NCBI GenBank assembly: GCA_002633005.1
Contig: NMRA01000394.1
Span: 350,930-414,929, forward strand
DNA from: Phoronis australis
Lineage: Eukaryota; Animalia; Phoronida
Length of the DNA: 64,000 nucleotides
Direction of reading: 5' to 3'
Positions 26,438 to 40,708 of the stretch are shown piece by piece. The notes beneath the pieces are model-generated. The model was given only the letters and a program-made list of their open reading frames with translations. It did no database searches and had not been told where the DNA came from. The position numbers were made by a program, and so were the translations under genes. Within the stretch, counting starts at the first letter, position 1; the number at the start of each line of letters is the position of its first letter.

Positions 26438-27261
26438 TGCTCACGACTTTACTTTAACCACCGACTCGATTTCTGTTATCCATTTCGTTCTTGGTTTTCG
26501 TCATTGAGTCTCCTACTAGCGCGTGGTGTGTCTAACAATGATTTGTCGACCTACATGTACTTTAAAGTGGACCACAATGCACCAGTTTGACCCACTTGGA
26601 ATTCGACCAAACGTTTTTTCTGATAATCAAGTTCATTTCGTACCGCAAATTTATATGACATGAATGTTGAAATAATGAACGAGGCTAAGGGGTACATAGC
26701 TTATATTGACCAAATATACGTTTTCACCGAATAATTACCCGAATACATTGAGACTTTCACGTCTCGCCACATAATCGGCTTTTTCTCGGCTTCGGAAAAT
26801 CTACTTAATTTGAACATAGGAACACGAGTTTTCGAAAACTGATCTTGAGAAAAAACATATTTTCACTAGTTGACAAAACCTAGATTTTTAGATATAAGAG
26901 AAGGGGGGGAGGTTGGGAAATGGGCACGGTTTGTAAACTGTTGCGCAACAGAAAATTCCGAACCCCTAAAATTTTCTCGTTGTATGATTTACGAAAAATA
27001 ATATTGAAGACGCAAAAGACTCAAATCTGTATTTTGGCATTCACGCAGTCGTGAAATTATTCATAGTTATGCAACTTTTTGTTTGTATAATCGAATTGTT
27101 TATGTGGTCACATTTTTCAGTACAGATTTAGAATTTAAAATCGCAGGTCAAATTCCTTTTGTTAAACGCTGGTGGTGGCAGACACTATGCTATGTTAAAG
27201 TGTTTTAGAACTTCTTGTAAAGCGATTGTTTTATTTTGTTTTGTTTTGTTTTGTTTTCTAG

Positions 27262-27360
27262 GAAATGGCTTATGGTATCGGAGCCGTTCTACTTTATTTG
27301 ATAGCTTCCATCACTTTGGCTGTTTACACTTATGGTTTTTCAGAACAAATTGCTGGCGTG
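27262..27360 (+). CDS. MARVEL-domain protein, exon 3
   Basis: Long polypyrimidine tract ending ctag|; reads EMAYGIGAVLLYLIASITLAV...IAGV; donor |gtaagt; TM3. Confidence 0.9.
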
Positions 27361-30012
27361 GTAAGTGACATATCCGAATATAATACTACACTGAGTTACA
27401 ATTACGCATTGTACAAGACAATGTTTAATTTTCTACTAGTATTGCACATGAAAACTTGGAATTGAATAGTGCTGAACTGTAAAAACTAAAAGTATTGTAA
27501 CTGCTTGGCTATTAAGATACTAAGGACCGTTTTCATTTCTTGCAAGTCTTTATATCAAACATGAATTAAGTTTTGAATTTTAAGTCACCATGTCACTGTC
27601 CTGGTTGGTTTTTGTTAAAGAAGTGATTTCCGGCGTTAGATAGGTAGTTTCTTAGACTTAAGCCCCGGGTCTATTGTACCGGAAAATTTGACTAATTGCC
27701 GTGCAGGTTACGCCTCCAGTGAGTTTACAAAATGTGTACTAAAAATTTTGTGTGAATGTTTATGGTCCAAGTCTGAGTCAGAGTCGAATCTGAGTTAGAA
27801 GCCTAAACTCTGGGTCCTGGTCTCGTTGATTTGATCAGAGTTGGTGCGACAATCAATGACGAAAGCAATATCGTTCTTCTCCTGCCAGTTCCCCTCCTCG
27901 GAGTATAGCTTCTGCCACGCTGTCGTTTTGTGCCTCTGTGTGCTCAAAAAGATTCACAATGTCTGACATTGGGTTAATATCGTTTTATTACTGTTCAACA
28001 CGTGACACCCAAACCAAACTAAACACTTCTACGAGCATTTGGTATTTTTACAACTGTTCATAGGAATATTGACTCGCATGCTTCGTAAAGGGCCGGGTTG
28101 TGAAAATGGTGACGAAAAAGCGGTGGGTTTGGCTTAGGCGAATATGCATACCCCACACATCCTTTCATACAAACCTGCCATGTAATTGTTTTGACTGTAA
28201 TTAGAAAACCTTAGGCAGCGTTCTATCTTGATACATCACTGGCTCGCCCTTGGCACCCAATATTGATTGCATGCTATTTTGAAGTCATTTATTTTTACGG
28301 AGGTCGGACATGACATCTGCTCACTACATGATGGTGTCTGATAAACATAATAAACCAGTAAGAAGACTAATAATTATTAGTTTTAATAAACGACAGAGAA
28401 AGCCAATAATTTCAATGAACCATTTATCCAGCCATACTTACAGACAATGTACCAGCAGTAAAACTGGATGATTACGAACAATAAGTTGGTATTACCCGTT
28501 TTTCAAGTCACTCACGTTCACCCTGGGTCATACAATATCCAGTCTCCTGTAAACAGGTGAACCATAGGTGTCCATCGACTGATGGAAACTTGCAATTGTC
28601 ATTTTTGGAACGTAAATTTCTCAATTTTGTAATATTGAAATATTTCTGCTTTTAATAAATTGAAACATGGCAAGCATTTCATTAACCACTGGCAGTGAGC
28701 TTATTTGAGATACTTATTTGAGGTTATTATTACGTTCAAAATTTTTGGTCCTGTGAATTTGCTAAAAGATTATATACTGAATTACCATAATTTTCTCCCA
28801 ACCGGCTCTTCCCCACAATAACGACACATAATTATGCGAAGCGGCTACTTACAATTTTCAAGAGAAACAGTCAACAGTACCCGATGACTCGTCAGAAAGA
28901 AATGCTTAAAGATGTTCCCCATTTTGTTTCAAATTTGTTGTGTCTTTTTGTACAATTGGTTAACCAAGGATTTATGATTTATAAACAAAGTTTCCTGTTC
29001 GCGGAGAATGTAAGATACGAGAAAGTATTTTGCGGGATGTTTGGCAAAATAGATTAATCTTTTTTCCGACTTTAAGATATTCGCGTAGTGATGTCCTCAA
29101 GCCGTAAAGTTCTGTGAAACGTGGAGCAAAGTAGTGTGCTTTAAAGAATTGATCGTACGTCATAGTCACCAAGTCTTCCTGCGAGTCTAAAAAGACATAC
29201 GCTTACACAATTTTATGTTTATTCCACCTTCCATATTACAATAAATGTATTGCCTACAAAAAAGTGGAATTGAACCACAGTGGTTCACATGCTAACTTCT
29301 CATGATTCTCAGGGAAAGTTCTGGGAAATTTACTGGCGCCACTATGTATTTCTTTCCAGAAAAGATTATTGGACCAGATTTCGTAAAACTGCACAGGAAT
29401 ACCGTGTTATTGATGGGAATACTCAAGGATAGAATATTTTGCCATAGGTCGACAAAAATTCACGAGTCATACAACCGCCAAGACAGAGGTCTTGCGATAG
29501 AGAATTATTTTATCATTTTACCACTCCAGATAAAATTAAGGTAAAGTCACCCTTATGAAGAGTTTTTGGGAGGTGAAAGCAAGGAAATAAATAAATGTTC
29601 AAATTTTAGAAAGCGTGAACGATTTCACCACAGTTATTTTGTCTAGAGGAGTTAGAATTCTCTTAGGCTTTACACCGTTTTGAATGTCCTTAATTTTTTC
29701 ATGATTGAGTGAGAAAATGGAATTTGAAAGCGCTCGGGAACAAAAATAATGCGATTTAGATCCACTTAAAATATTTCTTTGTATCTTTGCTAGTACATGT
29801 AACCATGAATAAGACAGTTCGTGGCTTCATTTATTGAGACACAGTTAATGCCCACATCATGAGTAACATCTTGCAGTCGTAAAAGTGATTGTTAGTTCAT
29901 AAAATGATTGTCACCACACGGCTAAGATATACACGCGTGCTAAAACTAGTTTTGTTGAAAAATCCCTCTCTCATCTGTTACAACTCTGTATCTACTTTGG
30001 TTTGAATTTCAG

Positions 30013-30108
30013 GTTTTTGGTTTTATAAACATGATTCTGTATGCCTTCGGCACATTTTGGAGTTTTCAAGAGTGGAGAAGCGCGGGTGAAGCAGCCACCG
30101 CACAGTAA
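30013..30108 (+). CDS. MARVEL-domain protein, exon 4 (terminal)
   Basis: Acceptor tttcag|; reads VFGFINMILYAFGTFWSFQEWRSAGEAATAQ*; the A-x-x-x-FGF TM4 motif is completed across the junction. Confidence 0.88.
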   Translation, partial: VFGFINMILYAFGTFWSFQEWRSAGEAATAQ

Positions 30109-33100
30109 ATATTCGCCACCACGTGTTTGACGTTATCAGAAGCACGCGTACTCAGCATTTCCTGTGCATCGCCTGGTGTGAAATACTTCCTAGAGTAGGT
30201 CAAGTTTCTACTGTTTTAGCTGATCACGCGGAAATGGAAAGAGCGCAAAACAGCTTCAGGCGTTTCTCACATCAGTGTTTGGCTTCTAGTCATCACCCAT
30301 ACTTGACTTCTGAAATTTTTTAGCAAACTAAGTAATGACTGTTGATGACCTGCAACAGGCCCTTTCAACCGTTTTGCAATATATCGCATTTCTGTTAGGT
30401 CTGTGCTTTCTTTCCGAGATTTTTTCTTAGTGTTGCCTTTGTGTTCAGGTTACGTTTCTTATTCCGTTTGTATTTTAAATATCCCGCTGTTGGTGGATAT
30501 TTTAGGTGGAAGTTCAATGTGACTTCAAACTTGTCTCGTGATAAAAATAATTGTTGATTCAGACTTTTTATTAATGTCAAACTTGTTACAGTTTGTTTCT
30601 TATGACCACCACAGAGCTGAACTGCCTCTTTGGAGTGAACTAGAGCTGAGCCTGGTTCCCCACCTAAACGTTAGATGGCGAGGCAGTTATTTGTTTACGT
30701 AGAGACTGGAAGGGTCTGCAGCTGAGCTGACAACCAACGACAAGGCGAGAACAAATAAGCTACCGATTTGGTCATTCAATATTGTGTTTTCTCACCTTGG
30801 CGTGATCTGCCTGCTCAGCTGTCGTTCACTTGAGGCGGACAGATCTCCGCTTAAGTTGGACCTTACACATTCGAGAAGTGATTTATACGCGTGGTGAGAT
30901 TTGGCAACACGTTATCGGCTTGCGGGAGTGCTTGATCCATAAAATTACCCATCGGCCGGGCCTAAAGAACCTATCGATACTGTCAGCTCTTCCCAAATAC
31001 AGAAATTGTTTTATCTGAGTGAGAAACAAATTGAAACCGGTATTGTAATATTAAGTGATCTGAATCAAAAGTTGCACACCCGATTTTAAATTGTCGATCT
31101 GTACAAAGCAGTGCTCATGATGGTCACACACTACTATTTGGGGATACGGCTCGCCTAGGCTCTGATGAACTTGCGCCTCTTCAAGTAATCAACTTCACGG
31201 AAGACGATGTGCCTGCGGCTGATTAAAAGATGACGATCGAGAAATTAAACCCAAACATATGAACATCTCTCATAAGGCAACAGTTGTGCTTATACCTATG
31301 ACTTTTAGTTGCTGATTTTAGCCTGTTTTTATTGAAAAACGATAGAATAGACTGATACATTGTTAGACTAAAAATATAGCCGACTCTGGTCTGCTTTTGT
31401 TCGTTGAGGCTATGGGGCGGTATTCCTTTTCACTCTCTACTTTTGCAAAAAAATCCCCAATAGATGGATTTTTCTTGTCTTCACTTCACTCAGCTCAAAC
31501 CAGTTTTCGTGGTCAGCTTAGTGGTGCAGTTTCTTGTGCTCTTGCCGGTCGGTATGGACGCAATGGGTCATCTTGACTTGGAAAGCCGCTCGTTTGAAAC
31601 CTAGCTTTAGTCCGTTTATGATTTTGAAAGAAGGAGTTTGAAACCTTAAATAAAGTTTATGAAGCGCAGGTTTCAATATGAGCAGGCGTGCAGACCAGAA
31701 TAAGCTATGTTTTTGTTTGGACAAATATTTGTGTTTTAACAACCTTATTCTCATGGTTGGAAATTGTTTCAATCACTGTGTAAACTTGTTATATGCGTAG
31801 TTCACGTGAATAATAATTTTTATGCACCCAAACACACCTATAGGCCTATACATGTATATGTGGGTGTTGCATGATGTCATCATCCCGTTTGTCCGTCCGG
31901 CGCCCGTTGGTGAATATCTAAAACGCCTCAGTGAACATTTGGGAAAATTTAAATACGTGCTTCTATCATGGCATGGACGAATTTTTGACGAATTTGACTA
32001 CCGGTGTGCCCCTTAGTAGCAATTTTAGCATTTTACATTTGCCTTTGTACCTTTCAAGTTCTTTGACGGATTTTCATATTTGGCAACTAGGAGACGACGC
32101 CTCCTTCTTGTTTGGGTGGATTCGACGTATTCTGCGCCACCTAGTGGCCATTTTTCCTGTTCTTTGATGTCCGTTTCTCTATCGGTCAAATCACTTGACG
32201 AATACAAAGTCAACGAATTTTAAAAGACGTATTGCGAATGAAAGAACTGAAAATTCAGTATCCATGATTAGGCGAGTAGGCCCTACACCCAAACAGTCAG
32301 CTCAGATTATTCCAATACAGGGTTTCCGCGCGAAAATACGTTGCATGGTTTGACTTTTTGCACATACTTTTGTATTGTGCATGCAGTATCATGCAGAATC
32401 CGACAACGAGATCGCTTGCTCCCATGCGAACCAACTACTTGCCACCTTGTAAAGTAATTACCCAAAGTTAGCAGTCTTAGACAGTATCGTTGGTGCACTT
32501 CCATGCTGACAACAGGAGACGCCATATAAATGTACCTAGATTGTGGATGTTATTTGCACAGTGAAAGATTACAGCTCGCTGATTTACATTCAGTAATAAT
32601 ATAAGCGAAACATGTTTTCCAAATGTATTTCCAATAACGGTTTAATTGTCTGTTATATTCCTTTTCCTATGGCAGTAAGCCTACTGTACACGTTGAAAAC
32701 TATTATCGTGTAAAGATATGTATGTCCAGATTTTATTCTGGGAAATAAAGGGGCTTCAGTTCCTTATTCTTTATTGAAATGACACAAAAAGGCTGAGCCT
32801 CGTTTTGCCACTGACCAAGATTGAACAGATTTGTCTTTGAAAACCCGCATGCCGCCAAATGTCGCTTAATCACCAGCACAGCAACTCCACTGTTTTGCGG
32901 AGCTCCGCTCTATGAGTTTAGTTAACCTAAGTCCCAGATTAATAAGCCATTGCGACTCCTTGAGTGCGGAGTTGCACCACCCCGCTGCAGTGAGAGACGA
33001 TTACTTTACTTATCTGGAGCAATGGTTAGAGGTCGCGATGTCAATCACGCGAGACAACGAGACATTCGTCATTCACGCTCCCAGTAGTCACACGCAAAGA

Positions 33101-35969
33101 AATAAGTCGGAGAACAAGGCCCCCAAATAGGGACTCCGGCTAAATTTCCTAAACCTACTGCGTATTTGTGGACTTTTGAAAACACCGATTGTCATTTCTT
33201 ATGCTATTTTAGTTTCCTTACTAGTTAATATTTGGATTTGAATCAATTACAGAGTGAACTCTAGGTTGAATTCTCAATACGCTCCTATCATTGAAAATAA
33301 CTATCAGGGATCTTTTTCTGCACCGCCCTTAATTTAAGGACTAAGTCTCTATTTCTTCATAGAACTCTGGGCTCACTTTTTAGATCTACATTGTATTGTT
33401 ACAAAATGTCATTACTGTGTATTCGTGCGCGCCGAACGAAAGTAATAGTGAGTGTTGCTGTGTTGCAAAATCTCTTATCCTGGACCGATTTGAAAAATTC
33501 AAAGTTGTACTCATATTTGTTTTCGCTCCTCTTTTCAATTATTACAGTAAAAACTACGTAAAACTCTCTCCATAAAAAGTACAGTCTGCAAGGCTAGATT
33601 GTAATCAGCTGATCATATCCGCATGAGCGAAGCCAATTATCCTCGCTCGTGACTCGATGACTAGAGCAGCTTGGCGGCATCCCTTTGATCGTGAGCCGAG
33701 CGCGACTCAGCCAAGGTGGATAAATACGGTCTAGTTCAATTTTCCAAACCCCACAGTTTACCCTGACAGACGGGGTTTGGACCAATCTTATTTAGTGGGA
33801 ATGTTTATAGCATGTAGTCGAAGAGGAGCTAACAATGAAAACGAAATGACAGAAAAACGTAACGATTGTGAGTAAAAAAGACAATAACACGCAATTAGTT
33901 AAGGGAACTTATTTGGGACTGGTTCAAGCAAAGGGGCACAGAAATGTGACAGAATAATACTGTCCATAAGCAAATGGCAGGAGACATTTATTAATCTCGA
34001 ATACATTAGTGCGAGAGTATGATTCGAATACGCATCAGGTATTCTATCCAGAGAACTAACTGTAACTCTGATGTCGGCAATGAATGGGAAAGGTAAGTAC
34101 ATGTAGTTGTTTAAGACTCAGTGGAGTCCCCAATCAGAAAGCAGGGGTATACAGCTTGAGTGGTGTTTTTTATGTGACTTGCTTCGACCTCATCGTAAGA
34201 CAGCGGCAACTGATGGTTCACAGGTAAGCGAAAAATATAATTGCGTGATTTGGACGGGTTAGGAGATACAAACTAGTATTTTGTAGTAAATAATTTGCTA
34301 TCATTATAACGTCAAATTTTGTTTCGCACGCTTTTCAGTTGCAATTATTTCATCGAGAATCAAACAAGGCATCACTCCCACCACCACACCATTGTATTCA
34401 AAGGCAAAAATGTTCACCGACTAAAGGTGTGCACTCTGAGATTGCTCACACGGGCACTCTGAGCTTGCTCAGACGCACCTTGCTATCGCACTTGTGTAAC
34501 AAATTACGTTTGGCTACATAAAAAGACCTTTGTATCACTCGAAAACATGACATAATCGACTGTTCCTTTCTCCCAGTTATTTCAAAATCTCGATTTTGCT
34601 ACTGCGCTACCAGCACGTCATCAAAATCTTTAGCCTTTTATTTCTTCAGGAAACTGACGTCACATTTGTTTTCAAAACTGTGAAATATGAAGCATGCATA
34701 AATGCATCAAGCACTGTCACGTCATTTACGCGTATGCACTCAGCGTGCTTACACACAGCTTGTGATTGCTTTGTTATAACCACAGGGCGTCTGTGTTGTT
34801 TTGCATAAAACAGCCGTTGCATGCCGTCTTTCCCAAAATACAATCGATTCTTCCATTATCTATTCCAAGCATTTCCAGGAAGATTCTAAAGTTAAAATCT
34901 TCGAGTCCACTACATTTTGGCGCAAAACTGGCATCTGGCTGATCGAACGTGTCACCGACATGAGATCAAAAGCACAAACATAGCCTCTTAATTCCATTAA
35001 TTACTTGGCGAATATACTTGTAATCCTGGAGTGGGTGAAGACGTGGCAGACTGTGGACCTTGAGCATAGCCAAGTTCTCAGGCAGAAAGATGACTTTGTG
35101 TCAATCATAAGTATGCTGGGAATAGCATAACTGCAATCTTTTAGAATCCAGTCAACATCTTTTTGAAATATTGATCTAAAAAATACGTCTTTAATTTTTC
35201 CGTCCACTTACACGAGGAACGCAAGTGAATTGGTTTGTTTACTCTAGCCAATTTTATATTCAAGATGGTGAACCAAACCGTGGACTCTAACCCTCGTTAC
35301 ATCATTCAGCGCGCAGTCGGCTTCTTCAAACGAAAAATACAATCATGTAGCTGACTTGATTGGCTTTTTTATTGGGAAAGTCAAGTGAGTTGACGACCCT
35401 ATAGGTGTCGCACCAGTGCTGCACATACAGTATACTATGGACTAACTCCAGTGCACTGAGTATAAGGCGCAGAAAATGAAGTTATAGGATGCGTTGCCGT
35501 TACCCAGCGGACACCGAATATAATCAAAAGACAATTATTGTGATGAGAGAATCAATCTGTGTCATTGCTCGGAGGGCCAGCCTTTGTTGCCAAGTTACTC
35601 GACGTCAAATTATGAGGCACAACAATCACTGCTGAGTACTAGTCTATCGTGGGCTCGCGGTGTCATGGCGTTGAGATTTGCAGCGCCTTTGTCATCACAT
35701 GAAGACGTTGAGAAGGAACGTGTTATGAGTTCATCAGTCTCATTGGTCAGATCGCGAATACCAACATCTGACGTCTGGCCGGCATGAATGAAAAATGATA
35801 TTCCACGACTAGGAGGTCGACATTACCCCTATTACTGCAGTTATTGTGCCGCGATAGCTCGACTATACAACTCATAGAAAAGATAATAAATTATCTGAAC
35901 AACACGAAATAGAATTATTCCATCTTGATTAAATAACTGTCAGACAATGTTGTGATGCCAGGGTCTTGT

Positions 35970-36185
35970 TTAAGACCATGCGACTGGCGTCATGCGCTCC
36001 ACTTGTGTCGTTCTGGGCATGTTGAAAGCATCCACCAACTTCGACTTGTGGCCCACAGTTCGACGGCGACACAAGATAGCCTTTAGTAGATAAGCAGCGA
36101 GCTCCAAAACCTCTGTGATAGTGATCACTGACATTCCCAACCACAAGCCTAGCTGTCCGCCCATATCTCCCAGAAGTTTTTCCGG
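35970..36185 (-). CDS. DEG/ENaC/ASIC-family channel, last exon (TM2 plus short C-tail)
   Basis: Acceptor tttag|; reads PEKLLGDMGGQLGLWLGMSVITITE..., with the family TM2 GxS selectivity motif; stop at 35970-35972. Confidence 0.93.
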   Translation of the reverse strand, partial: PEKLLGDMGGQLGLWLGMSVITITEVLELAAYLLKAILCRRRTVGHKSKLVDAFNMPRTTQVERMTPVAWS

Positions 36186-36874
36186 CTAAAATTATGACAA
36201 TGGCGATTTAATATTTATAAAACCCATATTTTTGTGATCAACAGAACCTCGAAATGAAGCCAATGTCGAGACATTGTGTCGCAAATTCTGATTCGTTGAG
36301 GGAAACAATATTACAGAGTGGCTCTTTGACTTACAATGTAAGTCTGAAGAATCAACTACATTAAAACTGATTTCAATCGCATAATTGTGAACTTGTGCAA
36401 ATTATTGGAAAATTTTTCGCATTTAAGAAAAATTTACCGATGGTTCTGACCATCTGAAAATGAAGTACAATTACAATCATCCTAACATATAAATCATCTG
36501 TACATTCGACAGCTGCCGGTCATCACGTAAACATACAATAGGCACTGGTTTCTCAGTTTCAACATGCATATGTTACAAATAATTCAGACTAAGACTTTTG
36601 AGGACAATAACCTCTGTTTTGACTTATTATCAGATATTAACTGGGTCACTTAATTCATGTTCTGTTAACCTCGTCAAAAAGTTTGGAACAGATTTGTAAA
36701 CTCGTATCGATAAGCGTTACTAACACGTACGTTGAGTTGAGTTAATCCACAGTTGTAAGAAAAAGAGTCCACTTCGGAGTACGTGATCCACCTTGTGTGA
36801 AACTTGAGACTGTGTCTCAGTGTCATGAGTGTTTTATATTCGTTAAATCAGATTTCTGTGTACACGCTACTTAC

Positions 36875-36950
36875 CGGATAGTCTGGCTCTTCCTCCAATC
36901 TCGTGTAGCTCAGTTCTTCAAAGAATATCTCCACTTTGAGAAGATGTTTT
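36875..36950 (-). CDS. DEG/ENaC channel exon (KHLLKVEIFFEELSYTRLEEEPDYP)
   Basis: tttcag|...|gtaagt; phase 2 to 0; conserved pre-TM2 strands. Confidence 0.9.
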
Positions 36951-37610
36951 CTGAAACGCAAGCGGTCATGTCTATTCAGTCGAACAATTAAGGGGGTTCC
37001 GATATGCCACGGAGGCTCGAAGATGTAAACTCATGCTACTGTTCTGTTAAGGGTCGCGTACGTCACACAAATGGCCCGGGTGTCCTTACCACGTTCCAAA
37101 CACTGAATTGACACAACCGGCGAAAACTAAGTAGGAACCGAATAAACGTTGAAAATACTTGTGACAATTTGCCTGAGGACCGATGGACGGTTGCACAGTC
37201 AATGCCAACGTTACCCGTTTCCATCCGTCGCCAGTCCGTTACACTAAGATTTTAGGACTGGCCCGAACATTCTGAGAACGATTTTAGTCAGGCAGGGCTT
37301 TAGCAATCCCTACGTGGGGTGTGCTGCCGGATTTCGATGATTCGAAAACGTACTTCAGTAATACACCAAGCCGGGAAAATCAGAGGGGGCTCGATACAGT
37401 TTGTCAAAAAGCCGCAAAGAAGTCGTTATTTGACGACATTCACGAATTTCAAAAATAACTAATTAGTGTTTTTATTTGAAATTAGGGGTTATTTAATTTG
37501 AGTTTGCGTTGTGTATTCGATATTTTGGCACGCAACATCACATTTCACACGTGATGACGTCATATTAAACATTAGGCGAACTCAAGTGAAAACATGATTA
37601 GGTGTGACTT

Positions 37611-37725
37611 CATGCGCGCGCAAAGGGAGTGCGCGGGGGGCTCTGAACGTACCCCGTTTTTTGAGGAAAAGTTCCACATTCTCAAAAATTCGAGCCCCCC
37701 ATATTTTAGGCTGGGTACGCACATG
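37611..37725. mobile_element. MITE related to 14497-14747
   Basis: catgcgcgcgca...ggctgggtacgcacatg with flanks gactt/tactt. Confidence 0.65.
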
Positions 37726-39033
37726 TACTTTAGCAGCAAATATGAATTTATTAAACAAGAATCTTCTCGTCGTAGATTATTCCCATCAATCAAACTGATT
37801 TCGCAATACCTTAGCAACATAATAAAATCGCTATCTATTGGAATTCTGCGGAGTAATCATGAACTTGAATTTGCCGCGCTTTCGAGAGGTCAAATTGTGT
37901 ATTCTTAGTGACGTAGCTTGAGATGAAATAGCGCAAAAGTAGGCGATCCCTATATTTATTTTTATTAGATGGATAACACTATGGGCGTCAAAATGAAACA
38001 TAAAGAAAATGTTACCGATTGAAGTTTTTGCGTAGAGATCAAAATTCTAAAACTCGAGATACTCAAAATACAGAAAAGACCAAAATACAAAATATAATAA
38101 TTTTCAAATAAATCAACAATAACGTATAATTGTGTCGAACCCCTTAAACGACTAAAAACCCGTCGCAAAAAACAACTTATGGTCTACACGTCTTAGTTTC
38201 ATCGCAAATTTTTCCTTAATTTAAATAGACGTGATTTTAAGGCTTGAAAATAGCTAATAGTTCATTTTTGCTTCAAAAGAGACTGTGCAATATGCCTCGT
38301 CACAGGGTTTCATTTTATTCATCGAACATGGTCTCCAGCAATAACGAATCAATTTGAGACCAGTTATCTAGCTGTATGTGGTTTAAATCAAATGTTAATT
38401 TCTTCGACGGAGCGTGGGTTTGTTGTCGCTTTAAGTGAGACTGCGCATGCGCCCACGCACTCAACTCCGGACAAACGAGTAGCACAGAAGCGAAACTCAC
38501 TTATTTTAGAATTTGGATCGTTTCTTATAACAAAAACAAAACTGGGAAAAAATGAGCTACCCATTGAAACACGCAAAGGTCCAACGCAATTTCTGTAGAT
38601 GTTGATTCTCTCTTTAAGACTAAATATTTGAAGACCAGCCTGCAGGTTACAATCGAACTGAAACAAGCGATAACACACTCAGAAACTGGCAAGTATGCAC
38701 GCTCATCCAACCTGAGAAAAAATAGCTTCAGTCGGGTTCGATCAGACCTGTCCGCTCAGGTAATCGAGTTATGTCCACATCATGGTGCACATGTTGCTTA
38801 GGTATTTAAGTAGAGAGGAAATGTCCTTCAGAGAAATATTCGAACCGAGTTCAACAGAAATGAATAGTCTTGTGATGTTTAAGCGGGGTCATACTCTGAA
38901 AGTTTGGTAGAGATCTGTATCGTAGTTTTGCTATTCCTTGGGAACCAAGTGATACCAAAACGTTTATAGGTTGAACCGCACATCCAGGCACCGGTGTTAA
39001 ACAGAGTTGCATACATTATATGAACACTCTTAC

Positions 39034-39107
39034 TTTGGCCCTTCTTGGTTATTCAGCAGTTTCGCCAGTCGATGAGATCTCTGGGCGTACTGTTCCATGA
39101 TAGTTGG
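39034..39107 (-). CDS. DEG/ENaC channel exon (PTIMEQYAQRSHRLAKLLNNQEGPK, knuckle region)
   Basis: tttcag|...|gtaaga; phase 0 to 2, which exactly bridges the neighbouring exons. Confidence 0.75.
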
Positions 39108-40470
39108 CTGAAATGAGCAAGATGTCTACATTGACATAATTCAAAGATAAAATTGCAATCAATAGGAGTTTTATTTATGTCTACAGTCGACCCATTCCAG
39201 CTATGCTCAAGCAAAGTTTTCTTTCACCTCACCTGCATGTGCTTAGCTACGTTCTGTACCTCATAGGCGGATTTATAGCCCCAGGGGGCCGCCCCTCTCC
39301 CTGGAGGTCGCAATAAAATAAAACAGTATAAACAGCAAAATAGTGTACCTTGTTAACCCCGTAATTAACATTATACGGCCGAAATAAGATTTGACATTTA
39401 TGTAGTTTTAGTTTGTGTGTGCGTGCTGGGGGTGGGCTCAAACCCGATTTCATGGGTCCAATTGAGACAACTGGATCAATCGTTACGGCAATTATGGCAA
39501 AGCAATGTCGCTCTCCGTTAGTATGTGCGTGCTATCCCAGGCGACCGGTAGTGGCGCTGTGTACTACAACTTCTTTTTCGTCGTCTGCTCCACTGTGCAA
39601 TGAAGAAAATAACTTTATTTTTTCAAAGAAAATGGAAGCTCGGAAACGATGAAGAAACAGAAACCGCTGGCAACATGTAAATTTTAATCGAAGTCGCAGT
39701 GAATCACTCAGAAACTCATAATTCTCCCTATGTCCAACATTAAAATTAAGACGATTTGCAAAGCAAGCGCTTAAAAGTACATCAACTTTTGCTACGAACT
39801 CTGCACAAAATATAAACCGTGTAATAAACACTACGGAAAGAAGCAGGTTCTCGCGCTAACGCTGTGGACCATAAACAATCATGTCTCTTAGCATGGTGTT
39901 GAAGTAGTAAGCGTGGTGTCGTAATGGAGGAGCATGGACGCTCTGACCAATAGGTCAGGAGCAAGAGTCCTTGCAATTTTATGAATTTTCCAATTTTAAA
40001 TCACAATCGGCAATACTGCGGTTAAGTGTTTAAATGCTTTAAATCAATATTTGTGCCTGCTTGTGTATCTGTTCGCCATCGGGACAAAAATAAGTACGTA
40101 AAGCAGGTGAAAGTCTAGAATCAAGTACGTTTTTAGTGGCGACTTGACGAGTTGAAATTTGCCATAAGGCGACGTCGTATTCTAGAATGCATTCTGGGTC
40201 GTGATTTGCCGCGCTAGTCGCACATAGCGACTTGGCGAAAGTAGAACCGTCGAGGGCTGATTATACTTCAGAAATCAAGGCAAATGCTTGTTTTTAGAGG
40301 CAAAAATCAAAATTTTCCTCTGGCTTAACAAATTTTGCAAATTGTCTAAAAGTGATGAAATAGTAATTTCAACACGTTTGATAAATCTTTCTATTTTTTT
40401 GTGCGCCGGACTCGACGGCGCCACTATTTAAGCACGTCACCACCGATTTTTTTCGGCTGTTCGTCTTCAC

Positions 40471-40601
40471 CTTGAAAGAGTCCGACGGCCATTCTGAGCT
40501 GGATATTGTCTTCTGGTAGATGTCATCCCAACAAGACTGCCAACATGGGCACTTAAATTTGTCCAGGAGATAGTCGTCCTCTACACGATCCAAGCAATCA
40601 A
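40471..40601 (-). CDS. DEG/ENaC channel exon (DCLDRV...KCPCWQSC...YQKTISSSEWPS)
   Basis: ttgtag|...AAG|gtgaag; thumb cysteines and S..WPS motif; phase 1 to 0. Confidence 0.88.
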
Positions 40602-40708
40602 CTACAATGAAATTAGTATGTAATGAACGGTAGGGAAGATACTGTGACATTTTTCCCGACCTCTGTAATTAGATAGTCCTTCACAGAGGACGTACGGCTT
40701 ATGGATTC

